From: Eledone cirrhosa | Lineage: Eukaryota | Length of the DNA stretch: 64,000 nucleotides | Assembly (NCBI GenBank): GCA_964016885.1 | Contig: OZ024741.1 | Coordinates: 235,538,001 to 235,602,000, forward strand | Direction: 5' to 3' | Part shown: in pieces, positions 37,900 through 50,970 of the stretch | How positions within the stretch are numbered: the first letter of the stretch is position 1 | Layout: the number at the start of each line of letters is the position of its first letter | Translations under genes and position numbers: made by a program | Notes under the pieces: generated by a model | Told to the model about the DNA's origin: nothing | Databases searched by the model: none | The model's input: the letters and a program-made list of their open reading frames with translations, nothing else

Positions 37900-40181
37900 T
37901 CATATATCAGCTCTGTGTGAACCCTATTGCACCGAGCTTTAAACCCAATAATAGCAACACTGTTATTATTATTTGGACATGTGATGTGCATGAACAATGA
38001 TTGTTGGGTGAAGAAGTGCCAGGAGATGCAAGTGGTAGGAAGTTATGGTAGAGGTAAACCAAGAAAAACCTGGGCAGAGGTTGTCAGAGCTGACCTCAAA
38101 TCACTGAGATTCACCGAGCTGATGACAAAGGATTGTGAGGTGTGAAGGACCCTTCCAACCCATGCAAGCATGGGAAAGCAGATGTAAAAATGATGATGAT
38201 GATGATGATTATATATATATATACACCCTCATCCCACTACCCCTACTCCATCCCCCCACTCCCACCAATATCACACTTTCTCTGTGAAGTTATGTTGGTA
38301 CCACAACCAGTCCAAAATAAATGAGGTCGTGTAGGTGTCACGACAAAAAAACACACAGTCCACACTGTAATGTGACCGTGTAGGTAACACAGTAAAAACC
38401 TCCAAGTCCACACTGTAAACCTGGTTGGTGTTATGAAGGTCATCCAGCCGTAGAAAACCTGCCAGACAGTCCTATACGAGCAAGACACGGTCACCCGACT
38501 AACCTATCTTGCCTCAAGTGGGACAATTCCCGTCTAAACCCATGCTAGCATGGAAGATAGACGTTAAACGAGATGAGGATGATGTTGATATATATATATA
38601 TAATACTCTGCTCCGTAGGAGCATATAGTGCTCAACCGGCATACCGCCTATGGAAGCATCTTAGCTACCATTAGACATATATATATAAAAAAACAAAAAA
38701 AAAACAAAGAAAAGAATCCCCAGTCACTGAAAAGGTCACAGAATGTGTGACGAAAGAACTTTGACAATATATAAACAACCATCTGGTTGTGGAACCAACC
38801 AACCAACCGGAAATTTATAAATTCCTAAATTTATAAATTTATTATAATAAATTGAAGCTAAAACAACTGGTGCGTGTGTTTCTTATTGGCAACATGACCC
38901 TCCCAAAGTATAACAATATCGGTTTCAACACACGTTTTCAGATAAAGAATCTTGCTAAACAAATTCAGAAACGAAATATATATATATATATAGTTGATAA
39001 ATAAAACAAAACAAACACAGAGATGCAAAAATACAATGTCATATTAGCATCACGCTTAGAGGAAGTGGAGGACAGTTCTATGTTTTGAACAGAAGTCTTT
39101 CATCAAGAAAGTTTGGATAAGGAGAGAAAAGGTAGGTACATGAAAGTTAGGAAAGGAAGTTAAGAAAAGGGTGTTAGGAGAAGATTGATAGGTTGGCATT
39201 TGTGAGTGGAGGCTGAAGTGGAAGGTCCAGGTGTGTCATGGGTGTGGTTGTGTGTGTGCCAAAGGATGAAGTTGTTAGGTGTGTGTTGCTTCAGTCTGTG
39301 TGTGTGTCTGTGTGTATGTGACTTTTTCTATTGTTTCTATGTATGTGAGTGTGTACATTTGTGTGTGTATGTGTATTTTCATGTGTGTGTTTGCTTGTAT
39401 CCACATATGTCTTATGGCTATGTGTGTTGTCAGTAGTGGAAAGATTTTGTGTGCATGTGTGTGAGGGTGAAAGTGTGTATGTTTATGTAGAGTTTGTCTG
39501 TGTGTGTGTATGTGTCGGAATATCCACGTATAAACCAGGGTTGAGAGAGATGTTGTATGATGTCAAGAGATGTTGTGGTCAGAGCAAAAATAGGGGAAGG
39601 GGAGGAGGAAGGTGAAAGGAAAGGTAGTGGCAGCATGTGTATATATGTGTATGTGCGTGCATGTGTGTGTATTCATGGTACAAGGGTGAAAGTGTGAGTA
39701 GTGGTTAGTAGTAAGCTGGGAGTGTTGGGTAAGTCTGTATTGGTGATTGGTGATTGGCAAAGGTAGATGACCAGTGAGGGTCGACAGGGGTTAGTTCTGT
39801 TAGTAGTGGGTGGTGTGGTCCGTTAGTTAATTAGTTAGTGCTGTTGGTGGGATTAAGTACTAACCAGATGGAGTTGTAGGGGCACCGTATTAACATACAG
39901 CATTTCTTGGGCATTTTAAACCTGGCGGAGCCCATCCCTCTCCAGGTCTGAACACAGCAGATTTCTTCCAGAAAAAGATAGAAAGTGAGAGAGAGGAAAT
40001 GAGAATGAGATATAGAGGAAGAATTGACTCCAAAACTAGATTGCTACTTTTTTTATCGACCTCGAAAGGATGAAAGGCAAAGTTGACCTCGGCGGGATTT
40101 GAACTCAGAGAGCAGAGAGCCGGAACAAAAACTATAAAGCATTCTATCTGATGTTCTACTGACTCTGCCAATTGACAGCCA

Positions 40182-40526
40182 TTCATCATCATCATCATTT
40201 CATTTTACGTCCGCTTTTTCCCTGCTTGCAAGGGTGGGACAGGAACTGATGCTGGCTTGATTTCTACAGCTGGATGCCCTTCCTAACACCAACCTCATTT
40301 ACAGTGAGTGCTGGGTGCTTTTTTGCCGTGGCACCTCCACGACCACTTTGCAGTGGAATGATAGGGACCCCAGTCCCTATCACCTCATTTCTACAGCTGA
40401 GTAAACTGGAGCAATGTGAAATGAAGTGTCTTGCTCAAGGAAACAACACATCACCCAGTCTGAGAATTGAACTCACAACCTTTCGATTGCAAGGCCAATG
40501 CTCTAACCACTAAGCCATGTGCCTCC
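40182..40526 (-). mobile_element. tRNA-derived SINE family A, next to a family B copy (40045-40180)
   Basis: Matches other copies. Confidence 0.85.
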
Positions 40527-41097
40527 ATTGTATATATATATATTATTATCAGCGACCTGATTTTGCGTGTATGTCATTTTAATGGCTTTGACCGCATGCG
40601 TTGGGCAGGAAGCGAAATATTTACTTACTATAGGGCTTGCAACCTTATGGTGTGGAAATAGGCTGTCTGAAGATTCATTTCTTTCCATTGGAAATTCTCT
40701 GGATTTCCAATCTTTTGGAATGATGAAACCATCGGTAACAGCATTAGAACAGGTGATTATTTAAATCGTTTTTTTTAATTTATTTAGAGAATTGTTTGAT
40801 AACCGCTTGCTCCGCTACTTTTTATATTGTTCTGGCATCTCGAATTAGTACCATTGAACCACAAGTATTATAAACAACTTGCATATTTCTACAGGTACAT
40901 TGTACCTGTTGAGGTATTCATCCACGTTTATATATATATATATATATATATTTATGTGTGTGTCTGTGTGTGTGTGTGTGTGTGTTTATGTATGTGTATA
41001 TACATGCTTAGTAATGTGTTCTAAATACCATAGTAGAGATTAATATATTCTTGGGTTCTGTATATATATATATATATACAATTGTAGTTTTAATAAT

Positions 41098-41281
41098 TGT
41101 TTCTACTTTAGGCACAAGGCCAGCAATTACCCAGTGCATTACTGGTACTTTATTTTATCGACCCCGTAAGGATGAAAGGCAAAGTCAACCTCGGCGGGAT
41201 TTGAACTCAGATCGTAAAGGGACGTAACTATGCTGGAAAGCATGGCGTCCGACCCCCTACCGATACTGCCAATCCACCGCC
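41098..41281 (-). mobile_element. tRNA-derived SINE family B with 19-bp TSD
   Basis: caattgtagttttaataat at 41079-41097 and 41281-41299; B box GAGTTCAAATCC. Confidence 0.9.
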
Positions 41282-42287
41282 AATTGTAGTTTTAATAATG
41301 ATGTTTGTATTTCTGCTTCAGTTTCCAGATATAGTGGGACATAGAGGTAGAGTTGACTTTTATCAATGGTACTAACGGAGTGAATGTGGTATCTGGTTTG
41401 GACTTTGAATGTATTCTCCACAAGGGGAATATAGTTTCTCTATGTACCATCTACAATTGTTATCTATGTCCCATAGACAAGCACCTTTAAGGAACATCTG
41501 CTATTCAGTGGACAGGGTGTGGTATTTCTCAATTTGAACTCTGATGGAGTTGGTAGGTGTGTATACTCCACTGGATTTATAATGAAGGTGTGAATTAACA
41601 ATGGAGTATACATAAGCAGTCAGAAAAATTGGACATAATGTGCAAGAGTGGTGGTATAGATATTTGATATATATGGTGACAGTTGGGGTAGGAAATCCCT
41701 GACAATCCATGTAGAATGAAGCTGAGGAAAAAGGAAGGCAGGGAACAAAGCGTCGAGGGGGGGGGGGGGTCACAAGAGGCTGAATCTCAAAAAGGATCTC
41801 AAGAAATTTTAAGTTACGATGCTGAAGAAGATCTATCCAACCCAAGCAAACATGGGAAAGCAGATCTAATGTGAGGATTATGAGAAGGGTGGTAAATATA
41901 TATATATATACTAGTATTTTTTCAACACACTGACACGTATGTGTATATGCATACATTTATATGTATGAATATATAAATCTAAGCATGCAAACACAGACAC
42001 ACTTACAAAAATACACACCCAGACATACACTCACACAAACACATACACACATTCACAGCATAACAAAATGGAGCACCAGCCGCTATTTTGCTATACCTTT
42101 TCCCCCAGCCCTTTCCTTCCTTTTACACACACATACATTCATGCAGGTAGCAGACGTAAAGAGAGAGGAGTAGTATGAGGTAGTCAAACTACTCCTCTCT
42201 CTTTACATGTTGTGACAGAATCGCAGGAATTTATATGTATATATAACAAATAAAGGATCACCAAGGTTTAGCATTAATACTTTATTT

Positions 42288-42365
42288 ATTGGATTTACAT
42301 ATGTTTCATTCTACTGCAAAGGATGTAGCACTCAATACCTCTGTAGAGAATTCATCAGATTCAAT
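42288..42365 (-). ncRNA. Type-I hammerhead
   Basis: attgaat-CTGATGA-attc..gaat-GAAA-C ATAT G-TA-aatccaat; palindromic loop 3; stem I offset by one base. Confidence 0.65.
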
Positions 42366-42708
42366 TATATATAATATAGAAAAGGCATTTATTTACCAAA
42401 CCTATTCATACGTCTCTATCATACAAAGATTTGAAATGCAAACAAGGTTTAATTTCTGTTAGGAATAGCGTTAAAGTTATGGAAGGCTAGAAGTGTAGGA
42501 ATTACTTTAATGGTGCAGATATCTAGTAGTTAGTCTGACTGGTAATTTCAGTGTTTTGACATGAATATACTATATGAGTGAAGTTAGTGCATATACAATT
42601 TAAAATATCTGAATGCCTTTTACCGTTGTATCATCAACTTATATAGTTTACCTTATATATATATATATATTTATTAAACCTTTAAATATATATATATATA
42701 TACATATA

Positions 42709-44474
42709 TGTAAAGGCGATGCACTAGATAGAGGAAACTATAGAGGTATAAAGTTGATGGACCAGGTCATGAAAGTAACAGAAAGAGTTATAGCACAGCT
42801 GATTAGGGACCGGGTGAATATAGACGAGATGCAATTTGGGTTTGTTCCAGGGAAAGGCACCACTGATGCGCTCTTCCTTGTGAGGCAATTACAGGAAAAG
42901 TACCTAGCTAAAAGTAAGCCACTCTACTTGGCATTTGTCGACCTTGAGAAAGCCTTTGACAGAGTTCCACGTGCAGTAATCTGGTGGGCTCTTAGAAAAC
43001 TAGGAGTAGATGAATGGCTTGTGAAAGCGGTACAAGCCATGTATAGGGGAGCAGTCAGCAAAGTTAGGATTGGCAATGAGTATAGCGAGGAATTTAGCGT
43101 ACAGGTTGGGGTCCACCAGGGCTCTGTTCTTAGCCCTCTCCTGTTCATCATAGTCCTGCAGGCAATAACGGAGGAGTTTAAGACCGGATGCCCATGGGAA
43201 CTCCTGTATGCTGATGACCTCGCACTCATAGCTGAATCTATGGTAGAACTAGAGAATAAATTCCAAACCTGGAAGCAGGGACTAGAGAGAAAGGGCCTCA
43301 AAGTCAACATGACAAAGACTAAGGTCCTTATAAGTAGACGAGAAAACAGAACCCAGATCCCCTCAGGGAAATGGCCTTGCTCAGTATGTAGGAAAGGTGT
43401 AGGTAGGAACTCCATTCTTTGCCCCAAATGCAAACAATGGGTACACAAGAGATGTAGCGGGATCTCAGGAAGCTTAATTAAGAATGTAGGATTCACATGC
43501 AGCAGCTGTGCTGAAACAGCAAGCAAACAGCCACAGGAAACAAGTACCACCAATCTCTGGGAGGGCCCTGTAGAAACAGTAGACAGCTTCTGCTACCTAG
43601 GTGACCGAATTAGCAACGGAGGTGGGTGCTCAGAAAGTACAATAACTAGGGTAAGAACGGGATGGAAGAAGTTTAGGGAACTACTACCACTGCTAGCTGC
43701 AAAAGGCTTCTCCCTCAGAATGAAAGGCAGACTGTATGATGCGTGTATCCGAACAGCGATGTTGCATGGTAGTGAGACCTGGGCGCTGAAGGTGGAAGAC
43801 TTACGTAGATTAGAGAGAAACGAAGCCTGCATGCTCCGATGGATGTGTAACAGTAATATACGTGAACGACAAAGCATAAATGAATTGAGAGAGAGACTGA
43901 GCATAAGAGGAATCAAATGCTGCGTGCAGGAGAGGCGGTTACGCTGGTATGGACATGTGATGCGTATGAAGGATGACAGCTGCATAAAAAGGTGCAGAGC
44001 ACTAGAAGTTGATGGAAACCGCGGAGTGGGGAGACCCAAGATGACTTGGGATGAGGTGATAAAAGCCGACCTTACCCAACTACACCTCTCAAAGTCAATG
44101 ACACACGACCGTGACTTCTGGCGTCACGCAGTAATACAGGGTACCCGACCTCCCATGGGTACATGCTGAAGCATATAAACAATATGCCCCCCCCCCCCCC
44201 ACCGCAAGGTGGTCGTGGAGGTGCCACGGCAAAAAAGCACCCAGCCCACACTGTAAAGTGGACGTGTAGGCGCCACGAAAAAGCACCCAGCACTCACTGT
44301 AAATGAGGTTGGTGTTAGGAAGGGCATCCAGCTGTAGAAATCAAGCCAGATCAGTTCCTGTATGAGCAAGGCATGGTCAGCCGACCAGACACTGCCCACA
44401 ACAGGACAACCCGTCTAACCCATGCTAGCGTGGAAGAACGGACGTAAAACGGTGATGATGATGATGATGATGAT
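42709..44474 (+). mobile_element. Young 5'-truncated RTE LINE
   Basis: Open RT ORF to 44169; almost identical to the minus-strand copy at 22443-24205. Confidence 0.95.
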
Positions 44475-44484
44475 ACATATGTAT

Positions 44485-44539
<55 letters not shown>

Positions 44540-44830
44540 GGAATCTGGAATTAGTTGTTGAAATGGCTTGAAATGGCTTGAACTATATATATATATATAT
44601 CAGGATTAAACCAGTATTAAACTAATTAAATCATTATACAACAGAGTACTCAGTACTTGGGATAGTAGAGTGTGACTATATTAGAAAGAGTCAGCGCTTG
44701 ATAGCTGAGTTCAAGCCATTTCAACAACTAATTCCAGATTACACTTCCAGATTACAACTAATTCCAGAAGTACACTTGTCTCCTAGCTTCCCTCCTGGCC
44801 ACTTGATATATATATATATATATATATATA

Positions 44831-47184
44831 TATCAAGTGGCCAGGAGGGAAGCTAGGAGACAAGTGTACTTCGCAAGAAGGGAAGCAGAGGAAAGAAAGT
44901 TCAAGCATGTTCTAGAACGCGAGGACCAAAAACGTGAGGTGTTCAGGATTGTTAGACAATATGTCAAGGAGAACCGTGATATTGTCGGGGAGAAGTGTGT
45001 CCGTAATGATGATGGTGTACTGGCCATCACTGACGCTGATAAGAAGGTAGCTTGGAAGTGTCACTACGAAAGGCTACTAAATGAGGAGAATAAATGGGAG
45101 AAAGACAGTCTCCCCCACATCGATCCAATAGAGGGACCAGCAGTGCAAGTTGAAGGTAGTATAATAAGTAAGGCAATCAAAGATATGAAAACGGGCAAGG
45201 CGGCTGGGCCTTCGGAAGTAGTTGCTGAAATGCTGAAAGCATCTGGAACGGTAGGACACACCATGGTCACCCGGATAGTAAACCAAGTTATACAGAATGG
45301 GGTCGTACCAAAGGACTGGCGTAGCAGCATCATCATTAATTGCTACAAGGGTAAAGGAGATGCCCTAGATAAGGGAAACTATAGAGGCATTAAATTAATT
45401 GACCAAGTCATGAAGGTCACAGAAAAAGTAATAGCGCAACTAATCAGAGAGCGAATTAATCTACATGAAATGCAGTTCGGGTTTGTGTCAGGTAAAAGTA
45501 CCACAGACACTCTTTTCATTGTACGATAACTACAGGAGAAGTACATAGCTAAAAGTAAACCCCTCTACTTAGCTTTTGTAGACCTGGAGAAAGCCTTTGA
45601 CAGAGTCCCCCGCTCCATTATCTGGTGGGCTCTTAGAAAACTAGGTGTTTATGAATGGCTTGTGAGAGCTATACAAGCCATGTATAAATAAACAGTCAGC
45701 AAGGTTAGAATTAACAACGAATATAGTGAAGAGTTTAGCGTAAAAGTTGGTGTTCATCAGGGCTCCGTCCTTAGCCCCCTCCTATTTATTATCACTCTCC
45801 AAGCTATAACGGAGGAGTTCAAGACCGGCTGCCCATGGGAACTTCTATACACAGATGATCTAACGCTCATAGCCGAATCAATGGCTGAACTAGAGAAGAA
45901 ATTCCAAACATGGAAGCATGGCCTAGAATCAAAAGGCCTTAAAGTTAACTTGTCTAAGACTAAAGTTCTAGTTTGTAGGAAGGAGAATAGGGCACTGGTC
46001 CCATCTGGGAAATGGCCATGCTCAGTGTGTAGGAAAGGAGTAGGCAGAAACTTCATTTTATGTCCCAAATGCAAAGTATGGGTGCATAAAAGATGTAGTG
46101 GGATCACAGGTAAGCTAACTAAGAATATAGATTTTATATGTTGCCGGTGCTCAGATGCAATAAGTAGTAGCAAATGCCCACAGAATACTAGCTCATTCCA
46201 TTGCCCAGATGGTTCTATAGAAATAGTGGACACCTTCCGTTACCTGGGTGACAAAATCAACAGTGGGGGAGGGTGCTCTGAAAGTACTGTAGCTAGAGTC
46301 CGAACGGGATGGAAAAAGTTCAGAGAGCTTATACCACTATTGGCCGCTAAAGGTTTCACTCTAAAAATAAAAGGCAGGCTGTATGATGCCTGCATACGAA
46401 CAGCGATGTTATATGGCAGTGAGACATGGGCATTGTGTGCAGAGGATCTATGCAGACTGGAGAGGAACGAAGCTTGCATGCTCCGCTGGATGTGTAATAG
46501 TAATATACGCGAACGGCAAAGCATAAAATAAATGAACTAAGTGAGAAATTAGGAATAAGACGGATCAGATCCTGTTTACTCGAGAGAAGACTACGTTGGT
46601 ATGGTCACGTGATGCGCATGAAAGATGACAGCTGTATAAAAAAGTGCAGGGCGATCAAAATAGACGGTAGCTACGGAGTAGGCAGACCGAGAAAAACCTG
46701 GGACGACTTGATAAAATCCGACCTCACACACTTACACCTCTCCAAGACAATGTCACTGGACCGAGATCTTTGGCGCTATGTAGTAATACAGAAGACCCGC
46801 CTTGCCTAAGTACAAAGCAAAACCTACAGTCAGTAGGCACCTCTTAACCAAAATACACCCCCGTCCCACTAACCCTACCCCCATCGCCATCTACACCACC
46901 CCTTTCGATGTAAAGCTATGTTGGTACCACGACTATGTAGGTGTCACGACAAAAAAACACACAGTCCACGCTGTAATGTGGCTGTGCAGGTAACACGGTA
47001 AAAACCTCCCAGTCCACACTGTAAACGTGGTTGGTGTTAGGAAGGGCATCCAGCCGTAGAAAACCCGCCAGACAGTCCTAAGCAAGACAACCAATCTTGC
47101 CTCAAGTGGGACAATTCCTGTCCAGACCCATGCTAGCATGGAAAATGGACGTTAAACGATGATGATGATAATGATTATGATGAT
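44831..47184 (+). mobile_element. 5'-truncated RTE LINE with stops
   Basis: ORFs 44837-45529, 45881-46531 and 46609-46809; same subfamily as 34590-37534. Confidence 0.95.
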
Positions 47185-47196
47185 ATATATATATTA

Positions 47197-47728
47197 TATA
47201 TAAGTATGTACACGTACATACATATATGTATACAGACGTACAGTAGTATGTATATATATATATACATACATGCACACATATATATATGTACGTATGGATT
47301 CACCGAACATTTATTATAACGCTCGGTGTGTTTGTAAACAAACATCCCGTATTAAGCCGTAGTGTCCAGCAACCATCGTTGCTCGTTTGTTCAACACTGA
47401 CAAAGGAACGCTGTACTAGTTTCAAGCTTATTAGCTATCGTCAGCAACGTATACCTTCCTGCCAGATTGTTGAACGTATATACTTACCTTATGCATATTA
47501 ACGGCTGAGTAGCCCAATTTGCATATCGAGTGGGTTAATCGGCTGGGTGCACCGAAAACGATAAACGTAAAAAATGAAACGAAATTTCATTTCCCACTCT
47601 TAGTACATAATAAATGTTCGGTGAATCCATACGTACATATATATATGTGTGCATGTATGTATATATATATATATACATACTACTGTACGTCTGTATACAT
47701 ATATGTATGTACGTGTACATACTTATAT
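47197..47728. mobile_element. Fold-back element (arms about 120 bp) enclosing a minimal hammerhead
   Basis: IR arms 47197-47318 / 47609-47728; minus-strand hammerhead 47408-47450 acgttg-CTGACGA-tagct aata agctt-GAAA-CTAG-TA-cagcgt. Confidence 0.8.
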
Positions 47729-47849
47729 TTAAGTAACAGCCGTACTAAGAGTGTGAAATGAAATTTTGTTTCATTTTTTCCGTTTATTATATATATATAT
47801 ATATTATATATATATATTATATATATATATATTATATATATATATATAA

Positions 47850-48055
47850 GAGTTTCCTGGAGTATTTAATATTATTCAAAATGTTAATAATAATACTGGA
47901 ATTGAATAATCAAAACCGTAGCGGTATGTCACATATCAAATCTTATATTTTGTCTGATGAAAACGTACTTAAGCACCATTGTACCTTTGAAATATGTATA
48001 ATAAAATATATATTTTGATTATGAGAATATTTTTCATTTATTAACATTTTGAATA

Positions 48056-48058
<3 letters not shown>
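47850..48058 (+). mobile_element. PLE pLTR-like fragment with hammerhead at 47944-48010 and a short inverted 5' piece
   Basis: Nearly identical to 34320-34490; tattattcaaaatgttaataa inverted to ttattaacattttgaataata. Confidence 0.8.
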
Positions 48059-48099
<41 letters not shown>

Positions 48100-48100
48100 T

Positions 48101-48344
48101 TTATAAAGAGTCGGGACCTCGACGGCTGAGCTCTTGCTGTTTCGACAGCTAATTCCAGATTGGTGTTAATTAAATGTCTCATCAGGAGGGGTTGTTTTTC
48201 CAAATAAGGGCATAAACAATGTATTTGGACAAACAACCCCTCCTAATGAAACAGTCAGTCGACTGCCAATGCCTTCGGCAATCAGTCTGGAGCTAGCTGT
48301 TGAAACGACAAAAGCTCATCCGTTGAGGTCTTGACTTATTATAA
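48101..48344. mobile_element. Fold-back with two diverged hammerheads (GAGCTC-loop family)
   Basis: Minus 48117-48189: cctc-CTGATGA-gaca..tgtc-GAAA-cagcaagagctcagccG-TC-gagg; plus 48239-48328 degenerate (CTAATGA). Confidence 0.8.
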
Positions 48345-48364
48345 TACAACCATACTCTACTACT

Positions 48365-48404
<40 letters not shown>

Positions 48405-48417
48405 TATATATATATAA

Positions 48418-48450
<33 letters not shown>

Positions 48451-48601
48451 TTTTTTTTCAACATTCCAGCCTCTTCTCTCTCACCAAACTTTGCTCTTTC
48501 CTGATGAAGGACTGATGTATGATAAGTTGTATTGTAACATCTATTTATATTCATTCCCATCTCTGCATCTCTGTTTTTGTCTTGTTATTCTTGAATCATA
48601 T

Positions 48602-48632
<31 letters not shown>

Positions 48633-48916
48633 ATGAACACGGTATCACTTATACATCCGTATTTGATTACATCATCCTGTTATGCACATTTCAAAGACAT
48701 CATAGTAGTTGTTTTTGTTTTTGCTTTTGATATGCTTGCCATAGTATGGAACATGATATTAGCAGCCCGGCTATAAGTAAACATATGACACTTGGTCTGA
48801 TGCCTTATAGGTAATACTTTAAGGTACCCACGTCGTGGAGTACTTACATCTAGTTACACTACAGTCAGTCGATTGCTTGATCAACCAACACTTTTTACTT
48901 TGAATAATTATACATA

Positions 48917-49301
48917 CGAGGGCAATCCCAAAAGTAAGGTCTCCTTCCGATATTGCAACTTTTCCGTTAAAATCCTGTGGATGGTGCTTCGGGAAACCTC
49001 AGGAACCAAAATGCAGAGAGCATCCAGAGTGATCCGCCGATCTTTATGCATGTTTTCCTCGGAAGGAGACCTTACTTTTGGGATTGCCCTTGTATATAAT
49101 AACTGCGCGAAATTCGCAATTGGCGGTAACGTTCAACGGGAGCTCCATTCTCAACGGTTGCTAAGCCAAGATTGAGCATCCCAGCGAAGCGGGCATGCTT
49201 GTTGAAGGAAGCACCAATCACAACAGTGTTGCCAACAGCCGTACGAACAGTTTCTCTGCGTCTCCATCGCTTTGGAGACCTTACTTTTGGGATTACCCTC
49301 G
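48917..49301. mobile_element. Mariner-type MITE with one left and two right TIRs
   Basis: TA|CGAGGGCAATCCCAAAAGTAAGGTCTCC; reverse complements end at 49092 and 49301, each followed by TA. Confidence 0.85.
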
Positions 49302-49892
49302 TATATTCCAATCTGTCTGCTTGTACATTCCTGATAAATGACTAAGGTCTGTTATATTGAACTTCTTTTTTCTCTTTCATTCAAAATGTGACCCTATTAA
49401 CACTAATTGTTTTTGCATCTCTACGTTTGTCATTTTTTATTATATATACGTATTTCTTTGATAGGCTTTCTACAGCTGGTGACATGATGGCCATCCAACT
49501 GTAGAAAAGCTGCCAAACAAAGGGTTGGGGGGACTTTTTGAATCTGTCAAAGACATGAAAACTTAGTGTAGGTACGACAATAAAATGAACTCAGTAGAAC
49601 ACGAGAATGTATGTAAGGAAAATGTAGGCAGCCTTCAATGTTCAGAAGTGAAGACCTGTCCAACTCTTGCAGGCAAGGAAAATGGTGTTAAGTTAAATGC
49701 TGATGTTGCTGATTTTGATGTATATATATATATATATATACATATCAGATAGGGTGTGGTAAAAAACCAGATGGACCATAACCCACCAGAGTATGCAATA
49801 CTTGGGGTAATAGAGTAGCTAAGTGGGTAATATGAAAAGATTCAGGACCCCAACGGCTGAGCTCCGGCCGTTTTGACAGTTAGCTGTAATCT

Positions 49893-50012
<120 letters not shown>

Positions 50013-50355
50013 TGGAGGCACATGGCTTAGTGGTTAGAGCATTGGCCTTGCAATCGAAAGATTGTGAGTTCAATTCTCAGACCGGGTGATGTGTTGTTTC
50101 CTTGAGCAAGACATTTTATTTCACATTGCTTGAGTTTACTCAGCTGTAGAAATGAGATGATAGGGACTGGGGTCCCTATCATTCCACTGCAAAGTGGTCG
50201 TGTAGGTGCCACGGCAAAAAAGCTCCCAGCACTCACTGTAAATGAGGTTGGTGTTAGGAAGGGCATCCAGCTGTAGAAATCAAGCCAGAATCAGTTCCTG
50301 TCCCACCCTCGCAAGCAGGGAAAAAGCGGACGTAAAATGAAATGAAATGAATGAA
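50013..50355 (+). mobile_element. tRNA-derived SINE family A, full length
   Basis: GGAGGCACATGGCTTAGTGGTTAGAGC...GAGTTCAATTC; tail ends in (AATG)n. Confidence 0.9.
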
Positions 50356-50639
50356 TGGAAAACGAAAAACAGTGATGCATCGGAACTCAATTTATTGTGT
50401 GTTACAATTGTTTCCGAGGTGCGATCCGTGTGTGGATCTACCTGACTCTGGACTCGCAGGTTCCTCGGACACGTCTATTGATTCTCGGATCATATCTTCT
50501 TTCTCTTTTATATATATATATGTATATGTATGTATGTATATATATATACATTGTTCATCAGAGTACACATTTATAATATATTTTAATTTAGAAAATATAT
50601 CTACACATTGTATGTGTCAGTGTTTATAATCAGTTACCC

Positions 50640-50678
50640 TCTGTACATGTGTGTGTGTGTGTACACTACATATACATA

Positions 50679-50720
<42 letters not shown>

Positions 50721-50724
50721 CATA

Positions 50725-50764
<40 letters not shown>

Positions 50765-50774
50765 CATATATATG

Positions 50775-50820
<46 letters not shown>

Positions 50821-50938
50821 ATGTATATATTATATATACACATATATATATGTAAGTATATACATATATGTGTGTGAATATATATATATATATATATAAA
50901 TTTTTTTTTTTTCTCATTCTATATATATATAGATATAG

Positions 50939-50970
<32 letters not shown>

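Noticed and set aside
38724-38765. gtca-CTGAAAA..gtcaca/tgtgac-GAAA..tgac hammerhead-like motif
   Set aside because: Core G8 missing and stem III too weak; at best a decayed copy
40550-40920. Complex-looking segment between TA tracts
   Set aside because: No motif recognised in any frame; probably an unidentified repeat fragment, needs BLAST
50013-50090. tRNA gene
   Set aside because: A/B boxes present, but it continues into a multicopy SINE body and lacks a proper acceptor stem
50395-50472. Minus-strand hammerhead-like motif (gtgt-CCGAGGA...GAAA CAATTG TA-acac)
   Set aside because: Core deviates, stem II does not pair in register, and CCGAGG/CCTCGG forms a competing hairpin; left uncalled
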